Assembly (NCBI GenBank): GCA_002269645.1 | Contig: NIVC01000666.1 | Location: 310,001 to 374,000, forward strand | DNA: 64,000 nt | From: Macrostomum lignano | Lineage: Eukaryota | Reading direction: 5' to 3' | Shown here: in pieces, positions 60,410 to 64,000 of the stretch | Position numbering within the stretch: the first letter of the stretch is position 1 | Layout: the number at the start of each line of letters is the position of its first letter | The notes under the pieces: generated by a model | What the model was told of the DNA's origin: nothing | The model's database searches: none | The model's input: the letters and a program-made list of their open reading frames with translations, nothing else | Made by a program: the position numbers and the translations under genes

Positions 60410-61182
60410 GGGGGCGCTTCATAAGACCTAAATTTCACAACGCCTAAATTTCACAACGCCTAAAAATCTGCATGCTCTTTCATATCGCCTAAATTTCACA
60501 ACACCTAAAACTGAATGTGAAGGAGAGAAGCAAATATTTTAGGCGTTGTGAAATTTAGGCGATATGAAGTTTAGGCGATGTGAAGGATGCTGCATTTTCG
60601 GTTTTAGGCGTTGTGAAATTTAGGCGTTGTGAAGGAGGCTGCATATATTTTAGGCGTTGTGAAATTTAGGCGATATGAAATTTAGGCGATGTGAAAGAGG
60701 CTGCACTTTTGATTTTAGGCGTTGTGAAATTTAGGCGATATGAAATTTAGGCGATGTGAAAGAGCGTACAAATATTTTAGGCGTTGTGAAATTTAGGCGA
60801 TATGAAATTTAGGCGTTGTGAAGTGTGGTGGTTTTAGGCGTTGTGAAATTTAGGCGATATGAAGTTTAGGCGATGTGAAGGATGCTGCATTTTCGGTTTT
60901 AGGCGTTGTGAAATTTAGGCGATATGAAATTTAGGCGTTGTGAAGGAGGCTGCATATATTTTAGGCGTTGTGAAGTTTAGGCGATCTGAAATTTAGGCGA
61001 TGTGAAAGAGGCTGCACTTTTGATTTTAGGCGTTGTGAAATTTAGGCGATATGAAATTTAGGCGATGTGAAAGAGCGTGCAAATATTTTAGGCGTTGTGA
61101 AATTTAGGCGATATGAAATTTAGGCGTTGTGAAGTGTGGTGGTTTTAGGCGTTGTGAAATTTAGGTCTTATGAAAGCGTCCC
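60410..61182. mobile_element. Non-autonomous TIR element (~770 bp) made largely of AAATTTAGGCG(T/A)TGTG repeats
   Basis: TIRs GGG(G/A)CGCTT(T)CATAAGACCTAAATTTCACAACGCCTAAA at both ends; 8-bp TSD CATTTTAT; the internal repeats switch orientation near 60510-60535. Confidence 0.85.
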
Positions 61183-63290
61183 CATTTTATCACTTGTATT
61201 TTTCTGATTGTGGACCAATGCGAAAAAAGCTTTTTATCGGATTTCACTCTTGCTATACGACTACGAGTATATATATATTTTCACTGCTTGTTTGAAATAA
61301 GTTTTTATTCCTTTTATAAGAGCCTATTTATTGCTCTGAGATTCCTGATCTATTATTTAAATGCTTGATCATTCGGACTCTGATGAAATCTATGAGTATC
61401 GTGCAATTTTCGCAATAATATACAAATTTAGTTTTTGTCAAGTTTTTGCTGCAATACTAGCTTAGCTATGAAAATTGCCAATTTCTCGACTTATCGATTT
61501 AAGCAGAAAATTTCATGAAGTCGATATCACAAAAGCGTTCTTTATTTTTATGGTATAACTGTATCATTAACAGAGTTCAATTAAGGATTTAGCTCTCACT
61601 TCCAATCTAAAATTTAAGCTCTGCAGGGTTATGGTTTATGGCATATAACGATAGCCTTGTGCATAGGTAAGAAATTAAAGTTAATTGGTTTACAACTGAT
61701 TTTTAATTGACTGTTGGCATTTAACAGGGAGGGATGTAATTAATCGAACACAACTTGACGTCTTATCTTGCGAATGCGCAACTGCCGAGGCAATTACTCT
61801 GTAAAAATGTTTGTTGTTTTCCGCACTTCACTCGCAGAAATCGCAGCATCACCTTTTTCTCAGGCAGATAATTGGTTGAATTTTAAAAATAATTTAATTG
61901 ATACCGATGAAAGCTGTTAAAACCCTTGCTACAATTTTATAACCAATTTTATAACCGATATATCGACTGTCCCTAATTAGCTTCTTAGTTTTTCTTATCA
62001 ATTCTCCGTACAGTGTTGCAATACAAGCTAATTATTAGCTACTTTCAACTACACGGCATGGACTCTGAAGACTAGTTAAATTATTCTGGCACCTGTATTT
62101 TTAGTATAATTATGAAGCAGATACAAGAAATTTTAACCATACAATCCCAGGCTGATTACAAATGTTTTGGCGAAAACGCGATCAAAATCGGTGAAGAATT
62201 GCAGTCTCTAGAGCGTTATGGACATTCAAGCATACAAACAAATATTAGAGATTTAGTATATTTAGAAATAGCATTTTTACTTCGTCTGTCAAGAAAAACT
62301 TCATTTTTGATTCCCTTATTTGCCGAGATTTAGATCTGGCGCTCGCCACCATGCACTTCAGTAATCAGTATTGTATCAAAATCCAAAAAATTAGCTGTGT
62401 GCCAGCATCAGTCGGCAGCTTTCGTTGGTATTTATTTAGATTATTCTGAGGTGCTTTGCGGGGATCTGAAATTATATTTTATAGACCCAGAATACGAACG
62501 CAGAATTTTAAGGCCAAATGTTGAAGGCTTATCAATTGGGTATAGTTAGTTGGCAACTTAATGTTCCTACCTCTGGTGCAATACTTGGACATGGTAACTG
62601 TCGCAACCCCGAAGGCATTATTTTATACATCCGAATTCCAATCTCTGTAATGCTTCTCATCACTTTCTTTTAAACGCCAATGATTGCAGCGTCTTTCAAT
62701 TCCACAAATACAACCCCACTTTATGATCAAAGATTATCGTTCATAAGGTAGATACTGATCGCGTTCTTTTTGGCAGAGTCAATGGTTTTCTGAATCTCGT
62801 TCTGAACTGTAGAAAAAATTGCAGGAGGGCACTGAAAGGGAATCGTGAAGATAAGTAGATAATTGCGCTGTTTTTACTCGTACAAACCCTAATTACACAT
62901 CACACTGTCCTAACTTTAGCTTTTATAATATAATTTTTCATTTAATTTTATGGTATTTGTAAAGGGGGTGCACACTCGTGTGCATTAACAGTCACAGATT
63001 GTATTTAGTAGTTGAAAATTAGGGAATGAAAAAGCACCAAATTTTAAAGAATGTGAAGTTTAGGAATGCTTAGACGAAGGCGACCCCCATGGCCCCAGAC
63101 GCTCGCTGGTTGGTTAAACTTCTCTCAGCCAATCAGGGAGAGCTATGGCTAAGAGGTTGAATTGGAGAGGATTGAGAGGGGATCGGTCGATAAACCGTTA
63201 AATGAACTTGTCTAGACTAGAGCTTCTTTATTTGTTTAGCATTCGCTTTCTCGGCTGTTCTCTTAATCGGCCTAAGCTTTCTTTTTAACA

Positions 63291-64000
63291 ATGTATCATT
63301 TGTTAAAAGGGCCTATTCTGCGTTTGAGCGTATCGTTCGACGACCACAGCCACCTAATCGGAAGGAAGGGTGCTAGCCATAAGAATCTGCAGGCCTTTTC
63401 AAAAACGCTGATTCACTTTCCTGAAAGAAGTTCTCACTCGAATCCAAATGAGTCTTTTGTATCATCGCCCTTTCAAGGAGAGGATGAGGTGCTTGTAACA
63501 CCCACTGAGCTCGAACTGAAGAAGGAACCGTGTGTACCAGAGATGGAAGATCGACTTCTTGAAGTCTTCTCGTCCTCACTGCAATGTATTCGTATGAATC
63601 AGCTAGTTATCTTCACGATTCCTTTTCAGTGCCCTCCTGCACTTTTTTCTACAGTTCAGAACGAGATTCAGAAAACCATTGACTCTGCCAAAAAGAACGC
63701 GATCAGTATCTACCTATCGAGTCCGTATCCAGGACTCCCAGAAGAGCACCATCGAAATGTTGTGGTTCGAGGAACGGTGAGCAACTCAAAGTTGGTCATT
63801 TCTGTGACAAACCAGATCACAGAATGCCTATCTGATCGACTCAAGCTTCCTGTGCTAAAGCTGACTTCGACGACTCGGATTCCCAGCACGAAGTGGAACG
63901 ATGTAATTGCTAAGTTATCAGACAACATTCTAAAGAGTCAAAAACTCAACAAAGAGGGACAGCTTTCTTTAAGCTGCGCTCTGGACATGTACCTGCAGTC
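63291..64000 (+). CDS. 5' part of a Bicaudal-C/GLD-3-like KH-domain RNA-binding protein (runs off the window)
   Basis: Open frame from ATG 63291 to the window end, absent from the ORF track: ILRLSVSFDDHSHLIGRKGASHKNLQAFSKTLIHFPE..CIRMNQLVIFTIP. This resembles BicC KH1 (HSHVIGKGG..IHFPD..IRELLPLVLMFELP). Confidence 0.65.
   Translation, partial: MYHLLKGPILRLSVSFDDHSHLIGRKGASHKNLQAFSKTLIHFPERSSHSNPNESFVSSPFQGEDEVLVTPTELELKKEPCVPEMEDRLLEVFSSSLQCIRMNQLVIFTIPFQCPPALFSTVQNEIQKTIDSAKKNAISIYLSSPYPGLPEEHHRNVVVRGTVSNSKLVISVTNQITECLSDRLKLPVLKLTSTTRIPSTKWNDVIAKLSDNILKSQKLNKEGQLSLSCALDMYLQ

Overview
Eukaryotic (animal) genomic DNA: GC-rich, spliced protein-coding genes separated by AT-rich introns packed with minisatellites, SINEs and non-autonomous DNA transposons. 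The style suggests a flatworm such as Macrostomum, which is an inference. Gene order: Crypton-type tyrosine-recombinase element (1-2.2 kb); a ZNFX1-family helicase gene (7.1-14.8 kb, +); MTA/NuRD subunit (-); divergent K50 PRD-class homeobox (+); band 4.1/Coracle FERM gene (-); RAD21 (+); Mutator transposase remnant; DENN-domain gene (+); and the 5' part of a Bicaudal-C-like KH gene running off the right edge, missed by the ORF track. The most notable locus is the ZNFX1 gene, which reads as RGG + two cold-shock-like folds + UPF1-like helicase + NF-X1 fingers + a C-terminal PARP-type ADP-ribosyltransferase with an intact H-Y-E triad. This copy carries one frameshift and one in-frame stop, and intron 1 holds an inverted nested SINE pair. 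Other highlights: an MTA intronic minisatellite built from the gene's own splice acceptor and exon start; more than 20 TAATCC sites upstream of the K50 homeobox gene; shared palindromes at the putative Crypton ends; and sharply bounded CpG-free blocks. All splice models, counts and coordinates were read by eye and need RNA or computational confirmation.
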